In this document: in pieces, positions 1-11,286 of the stretch | How positions within the stretch are numbered: the first letter of the stretch is position 1 | How the letters are laid out: each line of letters starts with the position of its first letter | From: an uncultured Nitrososphaerales archaeon | GTDB lineage: Archaea; Thermoproteota; Nitrososphaeria; Nitrososphaerales; Nitrososphaeraceae | Assembly: GCA_963713605.1 (NCBI GenBank) | Contig: CAVQMO010000001.1 | Span: 384,001-448,000 of the forward strand | DNA length: 64,000 bases | Direction of reading: 5' to 3' | Translations under genes and position numbers: made by a program | Notes under the pieces: model-generated | What the model was told of the DNA's origin: nothing | Seen by the model: the letters and a program-made list of their open reading frames with translations, nothing else | Database searches by the model: none

Positions 1-199
1 AGGTATCATGACACGTGGGTTCATGACACTGTTTGTGGCAACCTCGAAAAGGGTACGTAGTTATCGAGACGGGTGCGAAGGTTCAATAATATAATGAGCC
101 CAGTGCGATTTTCATTAGTAAATTAGTGTCCACACAATAAATAAGAGAAAAAGGAGGCCTTTTTATGTTCCGTTAGAGGATCTGCTCCGGTTAAATCTC

Positions 200-853
200 C
201 TACTTTATTATTTGGACCGACTTTGTAATTGTTCCGTATATTGGGGTGTCTCCGAAGTGATTACTAACTGCGGTTGGGTCTAAGTATATGCTTACAACAT
301 TGTTACCCATGTCGGTAACAGTTGTCGGGACATTGGAAACTGGTCCGTCTTTCATGGTAATTGTTGAAGTTCCATTAAATATGGCGGTGCTATTATCTGG
401 CATAGACATTCCACTTAAAGTGAAGTTGTCTAATTGGTGCTGATGCAATGCTGAGCCATTCGTTCTTACCATGTCAAATGATGCAACGAAAGAGCCATTC
501 TTTGACATATCTTTCCCCATAGCTGAAGTTGAGTTTGATGTTGAAGTGCTCTGATTTCCATATTCTCCTTCTTCGTCATCAGTTAAGCTCGCCTTCCAAT
601 AACCAGACAATATCCAAGCAGGATTTCCGCTTTCATCGTTTTGAATGCTAGCTATCGAACCAGCAGCGTAGTGACCCGTTTTCATCATACCGTAGCTGTG
701 ATCGCCTCGCTGATCCATTGGATATGCGGCAGCTTGATTGCCCTCGAATTGTGAGGTCGTTAGAATAAATCCAATTCCTGTGGTGAGGAGCGCGGCTCCA
801 ACCACTATTACTATTTGGTTATCTTTCAATGTGAAGACAACTGACCCCTTCAA
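200..853 (-). CDS. Secreted/membrane-anchored hypothetical protein of Nitrososphaera type
   Basis: 217-aa ORF, hydrophobic N-terminal segment, S/T-rich linker, WILSGYW and NHFGDTPIYG segments. Confidence 0.7.
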   Translation of the reverse strand: MKGSVVFTLKDNQIVIVVGAALLTTGIGFILTTSQFEGNQAAAYPMDQRGDHSYGMMKTGHYAAGSIASIQNDESGNPAWILSGYWKASLTDDEEGEYGNQSTSTSNSTSAMGKDMSKNGSFVASFDMVRTNGSALHQHQLDNFTLSGMSMPDNSTAIFNGTSTITMKDGPVSNVPTTVTDMGNNVVSIYLDPTAVSNHFGDTPIYGTITKSVQIIK

Positions 854-1141
854 TCTTATTAAGCATGCGATTTACTCTATCGTACTCAATTGTACAATGG
901 TCAGCGAATGGTCATCAACCGAGATCGGGCCTCAAAGTATCAACTCAATGGTTACAAATAGATTTCCACACAACTCTAACTATTAGTTTGCGAAGCGATC
1001 CACTCTTCCAACTGCTGTGCTTTATGTTCCAGGTATTAAGCGATGATTCTAGACGGTCTCTTCGATGATACACATATCTAATGTCTCCGATAAAGATATC
1101 ATGATTTATATATCACCTGCCAATGGTAACTTTAGCATTAA

Positions 1142-1486
1142 ATGCAACCAGGGTTAACTAATCGGATAGATCTCTCATCTAATTCTTCTCCAAATCCTAC
1201 GGTAGGATTGGATACCCAAAGGATTATTGGGGGCGGGTTCGCCGGTGACTCTATCTCTGAAGTGCAAGCCAACAAGAGTAAAGAACGTATTTTTGTCATC
1301 TGTGATGCATGCTTTTGGGCCACAACTTATCTGGACAAGAGCAGGCTCCCAGTCCTTGACAGCAGATGTTCGAGATGTCAGGAGGTAGGGTTGTCGAGTT
1401 TTCCTGTCCTAGCCAATGAATCGTTCACCTTTGCTTATTCAGAAAAACGAGGAGTAGAATTGAGGTTCATGAATCGCCGTGGATAA
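1142..1486 (+). CDS. Zinc-ribbon hypothetical protein
   Basis: CDAC...CSRC pairs; TTTATATA box at about 1105-1112. Confidence 0.65.
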   Translation: MQPGLTNRIDLSSNSSPNPTVGLDTQRIIGGGFAGDSISEVQANKSKERIFVICDACFWATTYLDKSRLPVLDSRCSRCQEVGLSSFPVLANESFTFAYSEKRGVELRFMNRRG

Positions 1487-1825
1487 AATACTAAGTTGAC
1501 AAACAGAACCAAGTAGCATAGGAATTAGATATGTAGACTAATAAGGTAATTTGTTATTGTTAGATTAGATAACGAAGATTGATTTAATTTGATTAGATTT
1601 GATTTGATACCAAGCTAAATGCTTGGCTGTTCAACTTGAAGAAACTGATTATAGGAGTCAAAAAATATGGAAACCACCTCCTATGAAAAATGTAACTAAG
1701 AATAGTCGAGTTATTACCTAGACTTACAATAAGATTAACAGTATATCTGAAATATTGCAAGTAAAGTTGTAATTTTATATGCAACAAATTAATAATCCAG
1801 AACGAACATATATAGATCCTAACAA

Positions 1826-2185
1826 ATGTCTCAGATCCTACAAGATAAATCGCTAGGTTTGGTTTTGAAGGGGTATAATCTAGTCCCAAACGGCTCTCTT
1901 GCGACAAAAATTGGGATTTACACCCCATTGATTATGGAAACAATACTTCAGGAACATCCTGAGGAAGTTGACAGGTGGCTGCAAAAGCTACATAGTGAAA
2001 GCATACGTCAAAAAAAGCTATGCCTGTTTGAGAATGATACTGCCGCCTGCTTTAATATTGAGATTTATGAACAATTCGAAAAGAGCTTTAAGAGTTGGGA
2101 AGAAGGAGGTTTAATAAGAATAATGTTGACTAAAGACAGGCCTGTATGGGTCAGCAAGAAACCTCTCTTCATTCATGCAAAGTAA
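1826..2185 (+). CDS. Hypothetical protein (true start possibly about 1934)
   Basis: 119-aa ORF with globular-looking composition; no motif recognised. Confidence 0.4.
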   Translation: MSQILQDKSLGLVLKGYNLVPNGSLATKIGIYTPLIMETILQEHPEEVDRWLQKLHSESIRQKKLCLFENDTAACFNIEIYEQFEKSFKSWEEGGLIRIMLTKDRPVWVSKKPLFIHAK

Positions 2186-2521
2186 ACTGCCAGGCGGACC
2201 AGGAGTTTACGACTTTTTTTCAGTGTATTTACCGCTAGCCACATGATTCTAACTTAAACTAGTGAAAGTGGCCCGGCTTTCGATGATAGAATTCGGACTC
2301 AGCTGGTAGGTCTACAGCTCCAGTTCGGTCACTATTGATAAGTACTTGATGACGAGAATAACTTCGATGATTCGAGTCCTAAGAGACAACTTTGCTCCTC
2401 TCCACCGTCCGTCGAAGAAATTTCAGTTAGTACAGAGTTTTATGCTGCTGCAAATTTATATTCTTCAGTATGCTAGTTCTTGAAAGTGTCATCGTATTTT
2501 GGAACTTTTATTTTGGATTTC

Positions 2522-2821
2522 ATGTCTACTGATTTCAAAACAGATACAGATATTGCAACTGCATTACTCTCACAATTGAAAGAAGAAAATGGTTTCGACC
2601 CGAGTCTAGATGTCTTTGCTATATTGGATCCAGTTCAGAGTGCGGGTTGGATATTTTCAAAGTTGCTTGTCGCAGGCCAATTTGTAGAGAAATTGTATGA
2701 AGGTAACGTTAAAGAGATTGACAATTCTAAAGGTAAGAAGTTTTCAGACAAATTCGTTTTTTGGCTTTCAATTAAACTAAAAGAACGTGGTTGCCGAGCA
2801 CAGATAAAATTATCTTTATAG
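2522..2821 (+). CDS. Hypothetical protein
   Basis: ORF from ATG (MSTDFK...) inside track ORF 2480..2821. Confidence 0.55.
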   Translation: MSTDFKTDTDIATALLSQLKEENGFDPSLDVFAILDPVQSAGWIFSKLLVAGQFVEKLYEGNVKEIDNSKGKKFSDKFVFWLSIKLKERGCRAQIKLSL

Positions 2822-2890
2822 CATGAGACCATCTCGATGTCCACGTTGTTCTAGGGGAGTACGTAGAATGCTTCAGCAACTCGCTTGTTC

Positions 2891-3223
2891 TTAATTAGGT
2901 AATGCAAGTAAGAATGGATCCAAGTTACCTATAATGCATATCGCCCTTTCAGTACAGATGAATTTTGTGAGGATATTTTGACATATTACAATATTTCCTT
3001 GACAATCATTTTGTTGATTGGCAATATTTTTTACTGTGTTGACATTTGAAGATGACTCACTAGATTCTGTAGCAGGTGTAATTTCAGAATCTGCGGTCGC
3101 TACCTCTCCGGAGCCATATTCTGATGCAAAAACCATATCTGATTTCATACCATACAGAAAGGCTATCATAATTAGTGTCATGAGAAGGGCTCCCCCAGAA
3201 AGAGTCAATTTAATGCTGTTCAC
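2891..3223 (-). CDS. Secreted hypothetical protein with Cys-containing C-terminus
   Basis: Signal-like N-terminus, S/E-rich linker, NQQNDCQG...C...C...C. Confidence 0.55.
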   Translation of the reverse strand: MNSIKLTLSGGALLMTLIMIAFLYGMKSDMVFASEYGSGEVATADSEITPATESSESSSNVNTVKNIANQQNDCQGNIVICQNILTKFICTERAICIIGNLDPFLLALPN

Positions 3224-3485
3224 AGTTTAGAAATATTTCTGTTATTATTTAGGAAATATTACGGTTGAACTAATGAGAGAATTCTGTACTAATATTCTGT
3301 AGTTAAATCTGGGCTCAAAAAGCGCGAATTTCCAATTAAAATCCTTTTGCTCCTAATTGCACAAGTCGTAAATGAGTATTTCATTAAATGCATCCCATCA
3401 TCTGGTAACCAGCCTGAAACTGCTATCCCCTGTCCTTTCTTGTCTTGTGTTCTCCTGGTATTATAACAAGAAATTTATTATTGAA

Positions 3486-4113
3486 CTATTTTAACTTTGG
3501 ACCCGCCTTCTTGGCATTTCCGATCGCGTAATACTTGATCAAGGCCCTAGCTGTTTCTGCAGATGATCGCACTTTGCTCTCATAGTGTCTAGCCATTGTA
3601 AAATTGACAGTTACATTGTTGTGACATTTGGAACATAGTGTTCGCAGGTTGTCGTAGGCGAGCAATGGTCCCTTTGTAAACGGCAAATTGCTCGACGAGT
3701 TGGTTGGACCGGCATTACGAATTTTTGTCTTCATGCGGAAATGCTCAACAAATTGCGCCACTGGTTGGATATGATCACACTCTAAATCAGTTACCCTTCA
3801 CATCCAATACATCTGCAAAGTTCAAGAATCGTATATTGTGCTTAGTCAATTTGGTTATCCGTTTCTTATCCCAGGCTTTTCCACACTTTTGGCATGTGTA
3901 ATCGTCTCTCTTGAAAATAGCTAATCTCACACCGGTCCATGTGCAATGCAAAAAATGCCATCTGGCAAATTCTCTTGCGTGTGACCTGCAGCAAAAGTAC
4001 CTGAACGGAAGTGTTGTTTGGTTATTGCATCCAGCGACTCTACATAATACATTACCTCGATCGTCTAATTTATTGAAAATGTTCGGGGGAATGTAGAGCG
4101 CTTTTCGTTTCAT
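3486..4113 (-). CDS. HNH endonuclease with N-terminal Zn motif (frameshift at about 3795)
   Basis: FKRDDYTCQKCG in ORF 3787..4113; the shifted frame reads VTDLECDHIQPV then NLRTLCSKCHN, giving a complete HNH motif. Confidence 0.8.
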
Positions 4114-4146
4114 GGTGTAAGTGCATTACTTGGAGTTTTGGATATA

Positions 4147-4704
4147 TTAACTTGGGTTACATAGTTTTCGTGAATTCTCACACCTTCCATACATTTTCAC
4201 AGCCTTCAGGATAGTGTTCATTGAAACAAAATAGACACTCCAGGCTACAAGTTCTGCGATGAAATATGCTTGATACGCCTCTAGATATCCCGATTCTAAT
4301 TGATGGAAATGGATATAAGTTTTGGTAATGATGAACACACATTCGGAAGCCGAAAATGCCATAAACAATTTCCTTACATCAAGTAACAGCTTTTTTGAAT
4401 TTATGGTTCCATTATTGGGATCGATATAACGGTTCTTGTTATCTCTATAGAAAAGGTACGCAAATATCGGAAGATACGAAGCATAACCTATGACGAGTGT
4501 ATAAATCGAATTTTCAATACTACTTTCATGACCAGCATATTTTGAATAAAGTTCAGTAAAACACATTCCTATCACAAATGATATGAGCCCACTGATAGCA
4601 ATGGACCTATTTAGTAATAGGATATCTCTGTATTTTTTAAAGAATTGCACTGTATTGTATAATATCTTCCCCATTCGCCCCCCCTCAATGAAGCGGTCTA
4701 CCAT
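4147..4704 (-). CDS. Membrane protein with about 4 TM helices
   Basis: 185-aa ORF with several hydrophobic segments. Confidence 0.7.
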   Translation of the reverse strand: MVDRFIEGGRMGKILYNTVQFFKKYRDILLLNRSIAISGLISFVIGMCFTELYSKYAGHESSIENSIYTLVIGYASYLPIFAYLFYRDNKNRYIDPNNGTINSKKLLLDVRKLFMAFSASECVFIITKTYIHFHQLESGYLEAYQAYFIAELVAWSVYFVSMNTILKAVKMYGRCENSRKLCNPS

Positions 4705-4867
4705 CGAGTCTTCTTAAAGAACTTGCGACAAAGGAAACCAGCAAGTTTTTGATGGACGTCAGGTGAATCGGAGATGCAAGATATACAAAATTCGTTAATG
4801 CCATTTGAATCTATACGATATAATTCGGTGTTAGTCATCATACGTCACTACCCAAAATGAATCGTCG

Positions 4868-5844
4868 TTAATTGTTTCCTTTTATCCCATTTGCGACCAT
4901 AACAGAGTAGCAACCAAGTCCACAACGTTCACAGATTGGTTTCAATCCATTCTTGGTGTCAGCACTGCCTATACAACATGGCTGCTTTGTTCTACCCAAA
5001 TGATCCAAGGAGAGAATCGCCCAGGAAGGGCACTCTATAGGTGTAGTTCCAGTGCCACCCCAGTTCCCCTTCATCAATTCTAACTGTTTTTGGCTGTTGA
5101 TTACGAAATCTGGATATCTGCCTTTCAGTTCAATGAGCTTGTCGACCATGCGGCTACGTTCAGCTCCAAAGGGTACCCACAAGGGATCATTCATTGAAAA
5201 TGGTGTATGAAATTGAAAACCCATTTTGTTTACTACTCCATTCCACTCTTCGATGAGTGCATCTATGCACGGATGATTTAGTGAGTTAATGGTCATCGTG
5301 ATCCAAATGTCTTTCCATGCTGGCTTGCGTCGATTTGGTGGACCATTGATATAGTCAAGTATATTTTGCTTCGTTTTTGCGTAAGTTCCCTTGCCTCTTA
5401 TGCTGTCATGGATATTTTCAGGACCATCAATTGAGACCCAATAAAAATACAAATTCTTATATCTTTTAAGGGAAAAGTAGCATTGGTTACCACACACACT
5501 CGCCTAGGCATTTCCTCACAGAAAACTTCAATAATATCAGGTCTGAGGGTAGGCTCTCCGCCGACCAGTGTCACGATAAAAGTATTGTGTTTCTTGAATG
5601 TGTTCTTTATTATCTTTCTCCATTCTTCAGAGTTAAGCCCATCCTGCTCGTTACTCTTTCTGTTCAGCCACCAGTAGCAGTGTGTACAATGTAAATTGCA
5701 GACATTTATGATATCTGCTGAACCGTACATGAAAGGTTTACTATGAAAGAACTTTATCCCTATAATCTTGTTGAAGATGCTCAGGTAAAAGGGCGTTTCC
5801 CTTATTAGATCCGTAATTCCTCTACCGTAGATAAGATCAGTCAT
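4868..5844 (-). CDS. Radical SAM protein with C-terminal Cys cluster (frameshift at about 5465)
   Basis: CNLHCTHC, GGEP, VSIDG; C-terminal CPSW/PCC/CERCGLGC; the two ORFs join at an A-run. Confidence 0.85.
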
Positions 5845-6245
5845 ACCACAACTCCTAGATATGACAATACCAGATATATATAGACTATAGTTCTAATCCC
5901 TGCAGATTCGCCGTTGAGTGACCGATATTCGATTCTTGAATTTTCTTAGCGACCGCGTCATTGACATCATGGCAATTAGATGGTAGAGTAGGATTAGATT
6001 TTAGGTTCTTGAAATGTACCTGGTCCGTGTATGATTGCTATAAGGCTTGAAGGATATGCAGGTCCAGCTAGAATAAAAAATCTATGTTTTTGTTGAATGT
6101 CAAAAGTTACGGTAGAGAGAGCATTCGGTAACAAGGATGCGAATAAATAAACACCATTCAGACTTACGGCAACCTTCAGGATCGATTTCGGCATGATTTA
6201 ATGCCACGATATTTATGCGTGGTGGAGCATGATCAACGCAGTGTA

Positions 6246-6674
6246 ATGTCTAGCTCAAAATGCGTATTCTGCAGAATCATATTAGGAAACATGCCTTCAA
6301 ATATCATCGTGGAGGAAGAAAAGGCGATTGCATTTCTCGATGCTTTTCCACTAGCAAAAGGTCATACGCTGGTTATTCCTAAATTGCATTTCTCTAAAAT
6401 TCAGGATATGTCAGAGGACTACGAATCAGCCGTATTTCACCTTATGCACAGATTAGTGGGCCCCATCGAAAAGGCGGCGCATGTAGACTCGTCAATTATT
6501 GCAATTCATAATGGGAAGGAGGCCGGTCAGGAAATAGATCACGTCCATATTCATATTGTTCCTCGGACAGCCCATGATGGGGCAGGACCAATTCACTCGA
6601 TGTTTGTAAAAAGACCAATTATTTCATCAATAGATTTGAATCAAATGGCCATCGCGATAAGAAAAGAGTTGTAG
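6246..6674 (+). CDS. HIT family hydrolase
   Basis: CVFC, GHTLVIPK, HVHIH triad. Confidence 0.92.
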   Translation: MSSSKCVFCRIILGNMPSNIIVEEEKAIAFLDAFPLAKGHTLVIPKLHFSKIQDMSEDYESAVFHLMHRLVGPIEKAAHVDSSIIAIHNGKEAGQEIDHVHIHIVPRTAHDGAGPIHSMFVKRPIISSIDLNQMAIAIRKEL

Positions 6675-6809
6675 TTAAGTTTTTCACTGTCGCAATGGAG
6701 ACATCTGCTAGACGAAGAACTTCAAAACTCAACGGATATTTTACTTTCCATTTCTCTCTATACAGAAAATCATTAATACAAGGGTCCAAGTATATTTGCT
6801 GGTTTCGAG

Positions 6810-7661
6810 ATGATCGGTACTGGTTACACTACGTTTGATAATATTACTGCATTGGATTTCTATATTGGGCGTAAGGTTTTGTCCACAATAACGATTTTTT
6901 TATTCGCTCTCTTTCTCTGTATGTGCATTTCTTTTCAAGATGACAGTGCGGTCGCTCAGAGTTACACCAGTGATGTCCCAGGTAATAATAGTAGAGATGC
7001 GACAGAAGTAAATAGCACGGTATTTGCAACTGGAAGCGCGCTTACGAGATTAGCACCCGACAGGGTAATAATTTCAATTGGCGTTGAAACTACTGACAAG
7101 ACAGCCAATAATGCTCTGTCTCTAAACTCTGGAATAATGAGTAATATCATTTCTGAGTTGAGGAGCGTTGGCTTAAAGCCAAATGAGACTCGCACCTCTT
7201 TTTTTAACATTTTTCCACTGTATAATTATACCGAAAGTGGAACGAGATTAAATGTGTCTGGCTTCACTGTAACCAATTCCGTGCAGATTGAAAGCTCAAA
7301 TCTTGACAATGTTTCTCAATGGATTGACACAGCGGTTGCATCAGGAGCCAACAACATAAATAGTATAGATTTTTCAGTAACCGAGAAAAAATTAGAGGAT
7401 ACTAGGAGTAAATTAATTACCGATGCAATAGGTAATGCGAGGCAAAAAGCAGAAGTAGCTGCATCAGCTGTTCAACTAAATATTACAGGAGTTAAATCAA
7501 TAGTTGTAGATGGATCTACAACTATCCCACCACTTCCGCCTCAGCCACTTTATAGAGACTCCGTTTCAGCTCAAGGAGGAACTGCCTCATCTTCCACACC
7601 AATTATTGCAGGGGAGCAAGAAGTATCAGTTTCTGTTTCCGGTATCTTTTCAATGGGATGA
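6810..7661 (+). CDS. SIMPL domain (DUF541) secreted protein
   Basis: TGSA..APD..I.IGVET, GANNINSIDFS, PIIAGEQEV; N-terminal TM. Confidence 0.88.
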   Translation: MIGTGYTTFDNITALDFYIGRKVLSTITIFLFALFLCMCISFQDDSAVAQSYTSDVPGNNSRDATEVNSTVFATGSALTRLAPDRVIISIGVETTDKTANNALSLNSGIMSNIISELRSVGLKPNETRTSFFNIFPLYNYTESGTRLNVSGFTVTNSVQIESSNLDNVSQWIDTAVASGANNINSIDFSVTEKKLEDTRSKLITDAIGNARQKAEVAASAVQLNITGVKSIVVDGSTTIPPLPPQPLYRDSVSAQGGTASSSTPIIAGEQEVSVSVSGIFSMG

Positions 7662-7912
7662 TTATTAGAGCTAATATAATCTCCAAAAATAATTAGCGTA
7701 CTACTTGCCTGGCTTTGTACAGTCACGCAGACTTCTTTTGTTTTTTTTATTCTCGGTCCTGTCGGAATATACCAAGGTAAATTGTATTCTGGCCAACATC
7801 ACTGTTTTCCTCGTAGCGCAACAAGAGAAATAATAAAGGAGTGTCTTTAATTTCTACGATGCATTCCATCATGCTCTAGGCGGGACCAAAGTCTAAATTG
7901 TGGTTGAAGCTA

Positions 7913-8041
7913 TTGCTAAATCCCACTATCTTCATTGCCACTAACGTAGGTACGAACCTAATGCACATATCCAACCATTTCAAATGGATTCAATACATTA
8001 ATTATGATCTAGTCCTTGAATGATTGAGTCTGCTCATAAGG
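7913..8041 (-). pseudogene. Degenerate copy of the 5' part and upstream region of the small membrane gene at 9582-9755
   Basis: About 130-bp direct repeat of 9665-9798 with several 1-nt deletions that break the frame. Confidence 0.75.
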
Positions 8042-8404
8042 CTCTATAATTTCAATGTTTGATGTTTAGTCATTTGTCATAGATTCTCGTAGATTGATAT
8101 AAGATAATCCGACAAAATGTGACAGGAACATCTTAACCTATTAAGAGAAGAGCGTTTGGAATGAATACTTTCTGCCTTGCACCGAACATTGATTTATCGA
8201 GCGTAGTTATGAGCAAAGTACGCTAATATTTTATTTTGGCTTAGTGAGTATCTTCAAAGAAGAATAATTAATTGATTAATTCCCTCAATTCTAGGACCAG
8301 CGCAGTGACTGGGTATTAGAAGAAGATAAAGCCGTTTGCCATTTATCAAAAAATCCAAAAGCTAAAAAAAGAATAAAGTGGAATTAGATTGAGGTCATTT
8401 CAGC

Positions 8405-8518
8405 TTGAGGTGCGCTTGTTGTGGTGGCGAGATGGTTTTGAATAGTGAATTGAAAGTAGCTATAGTCTATAAATGCAAAGAATGCGGCCTAAGCGATACA
8501 AAACTAAAATCGGAATAG
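8405..8518 (+). CDS. 37-aa zinc-ribbon microprotein MRCACCGGEM...YKCKECGLSDTKLKSE
   Basis: Translated by hand from a TTG start; two CxxC pairs; not in ORF track. Confidence 0.6.
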   Translation: MRCACCGGEMVLNSELKVAIVYKCKECGLSDTKLKSE

Positions 8519-8701
8519 CAGTCGGGCACTGAAAGTTAGAATTCCCACCTTTTTACTTTTGCACACATTCTGGTGACATATGTTTCCAAAACCATCCATA
8601 ACACCAACTTCAATCTATGCCCTGATCTCGCGTCGTAAGAACAGAATCCCAAAATTTATTTAGATGTATCCCAGCATTTAGAACTACGAAGTGCTAACTG
8701 G

Positions 8702-9445
8702 ATGTTGAAAAATAAAGTAGCGCTGGTTACTGGAGCGAGCAGTGGGATAGGCTATGCTACATCTGTTGCTTTATCAAAGGCCGGTGCACATGTCGCAGCC
8801 GGTGCTAGGAGGGTGGAAAAGTTGAAGGACCTAGAGAAAAAAATAAGCGAATCTCGAGGGGCTGAAATTCTTATTCACGCTCTTGACGTTACTAACAGAG
8901 CAAGTTGCAACTCCTTTGTTGACGCTGCCGTCAAGAAATGGGGCACGGTTGATATATTAGTAAATAATGCTGGCTTGATGCCACTAAGCTTTTTCAAAAA
9001 TAACAAGATTGATGAATGGGAGCGAATGATTGATGTAAATATTAAGGGAGTCCTTTACTGTACATCGGCAGTAATCCCACATATGCTACAGAAGGAATCA
9101 GGACACATTGTAAACATGTCTTCTGTAGCTGGAAGAGTAGTCTTTGCAGGTGGGACTGTCTATTGTGCGACCAAATACGCAATAACTGCTTTCAGCGAGG
9201 GGCTCAGAATTGAATTCAGTCCAAGGTCGAAGATAAGAGTAACTTGTATTGAACCTGGAGCGGTATCGACAGAGCTCCTCGAAACAATAACTGACGAGTC
9301 TATGTCGCGCTTTATTGAGGCATCAAAAAAAATGGAATCCTTACAAGCTCAAGATATAGCAGACGCAATACTGTACGCGGTACAAGCTCCCTTACACGTT
9401 AATGTTAATGAGATATTGATAAGGCCTACGCAGCAAGTCGTCTGA
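8702..9445 (+). CDS. SDR family oxidoreductase
   Basis: TGASSGIG, NNAG, YCATK. Confidence 0.95.
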   Translation: MLKNKVALVTGASSGIGYATSVALSKAGAHVAAGARRVEKLKDLEKKISESRGAEILIHALDVTNRASCNSFVDAAVKKWGTVDILVNNAGLMPLSFFKNNKIDEWERMIDVNIKGVLYCTSAVIPHMLQKESGHIVNMSSVAGRVVFAGGTVYCATKYAITAFSEGLRIEFSPRSKIRVTCIEPGAVSTELLETITDESMSRFIEASKKMESLQAQDIADAILYAVQAPLHVNVNEILIRPTQQVV

Positions 9446-9581
9446 TAATGAATAGAGGTAAATTGATTTGGCCCTCGTAAAGCTAAATCATATTCTCTTA
9501 TTTTCTTGATGAGCCCGAGTATCAGAAACAAGCCTTAGGTTTGAATTGATAAGTTAAACTCGGAAGTTATGTGGGCCGAGT

Positions 9582-9755
9582 TTAATACCTTGTAATCAAT
9601 GATGCTGGTTCAGCAGTCGCGTATGTCTCATCCCGCTTGAGATATGAAAACAGTATTTTCTTTCTTGCTAAATCCCAACCTATCTTCATTGCCATTAACG
9701 TAGGTACGAAACCTAATGCGACATATCCAACCATTTCAAATGGATTCATATACAT
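9582..9755 (-). CDS. 57-aa single-TM small protein MYMNPFEMVGYVALGFVPTLMAMKIGWDLARKK...
   Basis: Translated by hand; hydrophobic helix followed by basic residues; not in ORF track. Confidence 0.65.
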   Translation of the reverse strand: MYMNPFEMVGYVALGFVPTLMAMKIGWDLARKKILFSYLKRDETYATAEPASLITRY

Positions 9756-9917
9756 TAATTATGATCTAGTCCTTGATTGATTAAGTCTGCTCATAAGGGT
9801 ATATTACTTCTAAACATTGCTACTTATCTAATATTTTTTCTGCCTAAACCGAGTCTACTCTTTACCTAAGAGAAGGTAAAGCATAGGCTTAAGTGGGTAT
9901 ATTGAGACTATTAATCA

Positions 9918-10046
9918 ATGGGAAAAGAAGAATTTTCATGCCCGTACTGTCAATCTAAATTTGAAAGTAAGCAAGATTTATCCAAGCACATTGATAGAAT
10001 ACATACAGGCTCAGGATTGCTAGAAGGCGATGTAGGTAAATGGTAA
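9918..10046 (+). CDS. 42-aa C2H2 zinc-finger microprotein
   Basis: MGKEEFSCPYCQSKFESKQDLSKHIDRIHTGSGLLEGDVGKW matches C-x2-C-x12-H-x4-H; not in ORF track. Confidence 0.85.
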   Translation: MGKEEFSCPYCQSKFESKQDLSKHIDRIHTGSGLLEGDVGKW

Positions 10047-10673
10047 ATGTGTTCGAGTTTTTTTTTGAAGCATTGAGTGATTATCCTTAGTACATAAATT
10101 GATTTAAGCAGGTAAGAATTTGCGGGATTAATATCGGCAAGCTCGGACCTTATTGGTTTACCTTATTTCTCCCGGTAAGCAAGGAATGAAGAATGACAAT
10201 TGTTCCGCGGAATTCAATTGAATGTAACACCAAAGGAAAGAAATAGATTAATATCCTAATTTGGGAATCGGGAGTCACAAATCCTCTTAAACAGGGATAA
10301 CGAAGTCTCAATTTACCGACTGAAATAACTCCAAACCCCGGCAGAGTTACGATGGTCACGATCTACGTGACTGTAACTTTGTCGAAAGGTTGAAGATTAC
10401 TGAAAGTTGTCAAGAGTAATTGTCATTTGAATTAAATTGAGCATAATGAATAATGAGGAATTTATGCCTTCCAAATAACCTAATCGGATGTTCATAATCT
10501 TCCAAATGTCATCACGCCCCTGTCCCTTCTATAATCAGACATAAAAACAGGACAAGGATATGATTGTTCGCTTGCTCACGTCTCAGCGGATCATCATGTG
10601 GTAGTGGTATAAATGATGTGATAAAGTTTCGTTGATTTCACCTTTGAATTCTATCATATTTGATGAATAATTA

Positions 10674-11021
10674 ATGTACGGAGAAAAAGAGAAACACCCT
10701 CCCTCTACTTTAGGTGACCGAAATTATAATTATAGGCATTTGTATTTATACCTGCGGAAGAAATTACAGATGCATGAATACCTAGTGAAATCTGGCAATT
10801 CATTAACTTATAAGAACTGCGTCTATTGCTGCTCTCGAAAATCAACGATATGTGTAAAATGCAATTTTTGTTATTCTTGCCATTCCATGATTGAACGTAT
10901 AGAGAGCTCCTCAAAGCAGACACCGGTTCAAATTATTAATGCCAAAAGGGATAAGAACGAAAAAAAACTTCGTGGAAGTAAATTCGAAGCTAATTTTGTA
11001 GTTTATAGTATAAAAAAATAG
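10674..11021 (+). CDS. Cys-rich zinc-binding hypothetical protein
   Basis: CVYC...CVKC..CYSCH. Confidence 0.55.
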   Translation: MYGEKEKHPPSTLGDRNYNYRHLYLYLRKKLQMHEYLVKSGNSLTYKNCVYCCSRKSTICVKCNFCYSCHSMIERIESSSKQTPVQIINAKRDKNEKKLRGSKFEANFVVYSIKK

Positions 11022-11286
11022 TATCAAGACTTGCTTTCTTTGCTTTGGGATATTTCATGACCATCCCTCATAAAGAGGGTCACGTAGTAATAGCAATTAT
11101 TTTTAAATAGCATGAGATTTCCTATTTGAAATTCTTCTGTGGAATGAAATTGCCGGTCCGGGGGGAAATACTTATAACCTACTTGAGGATGTCTTTGAGC
11201 AAATCGTTCACATAGTTATAGCCAATCAATATTTGTGATCGCTTCATACATTTGTGGGTTTCGTTCATTGATTTGAATTCGCGATC

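Noticed and set aside
1555..1612. GATT/GATTT low-complexity run as iterons or an origin
   Set aside because: Irregular and short; no ORB motif or cdc6 nearby
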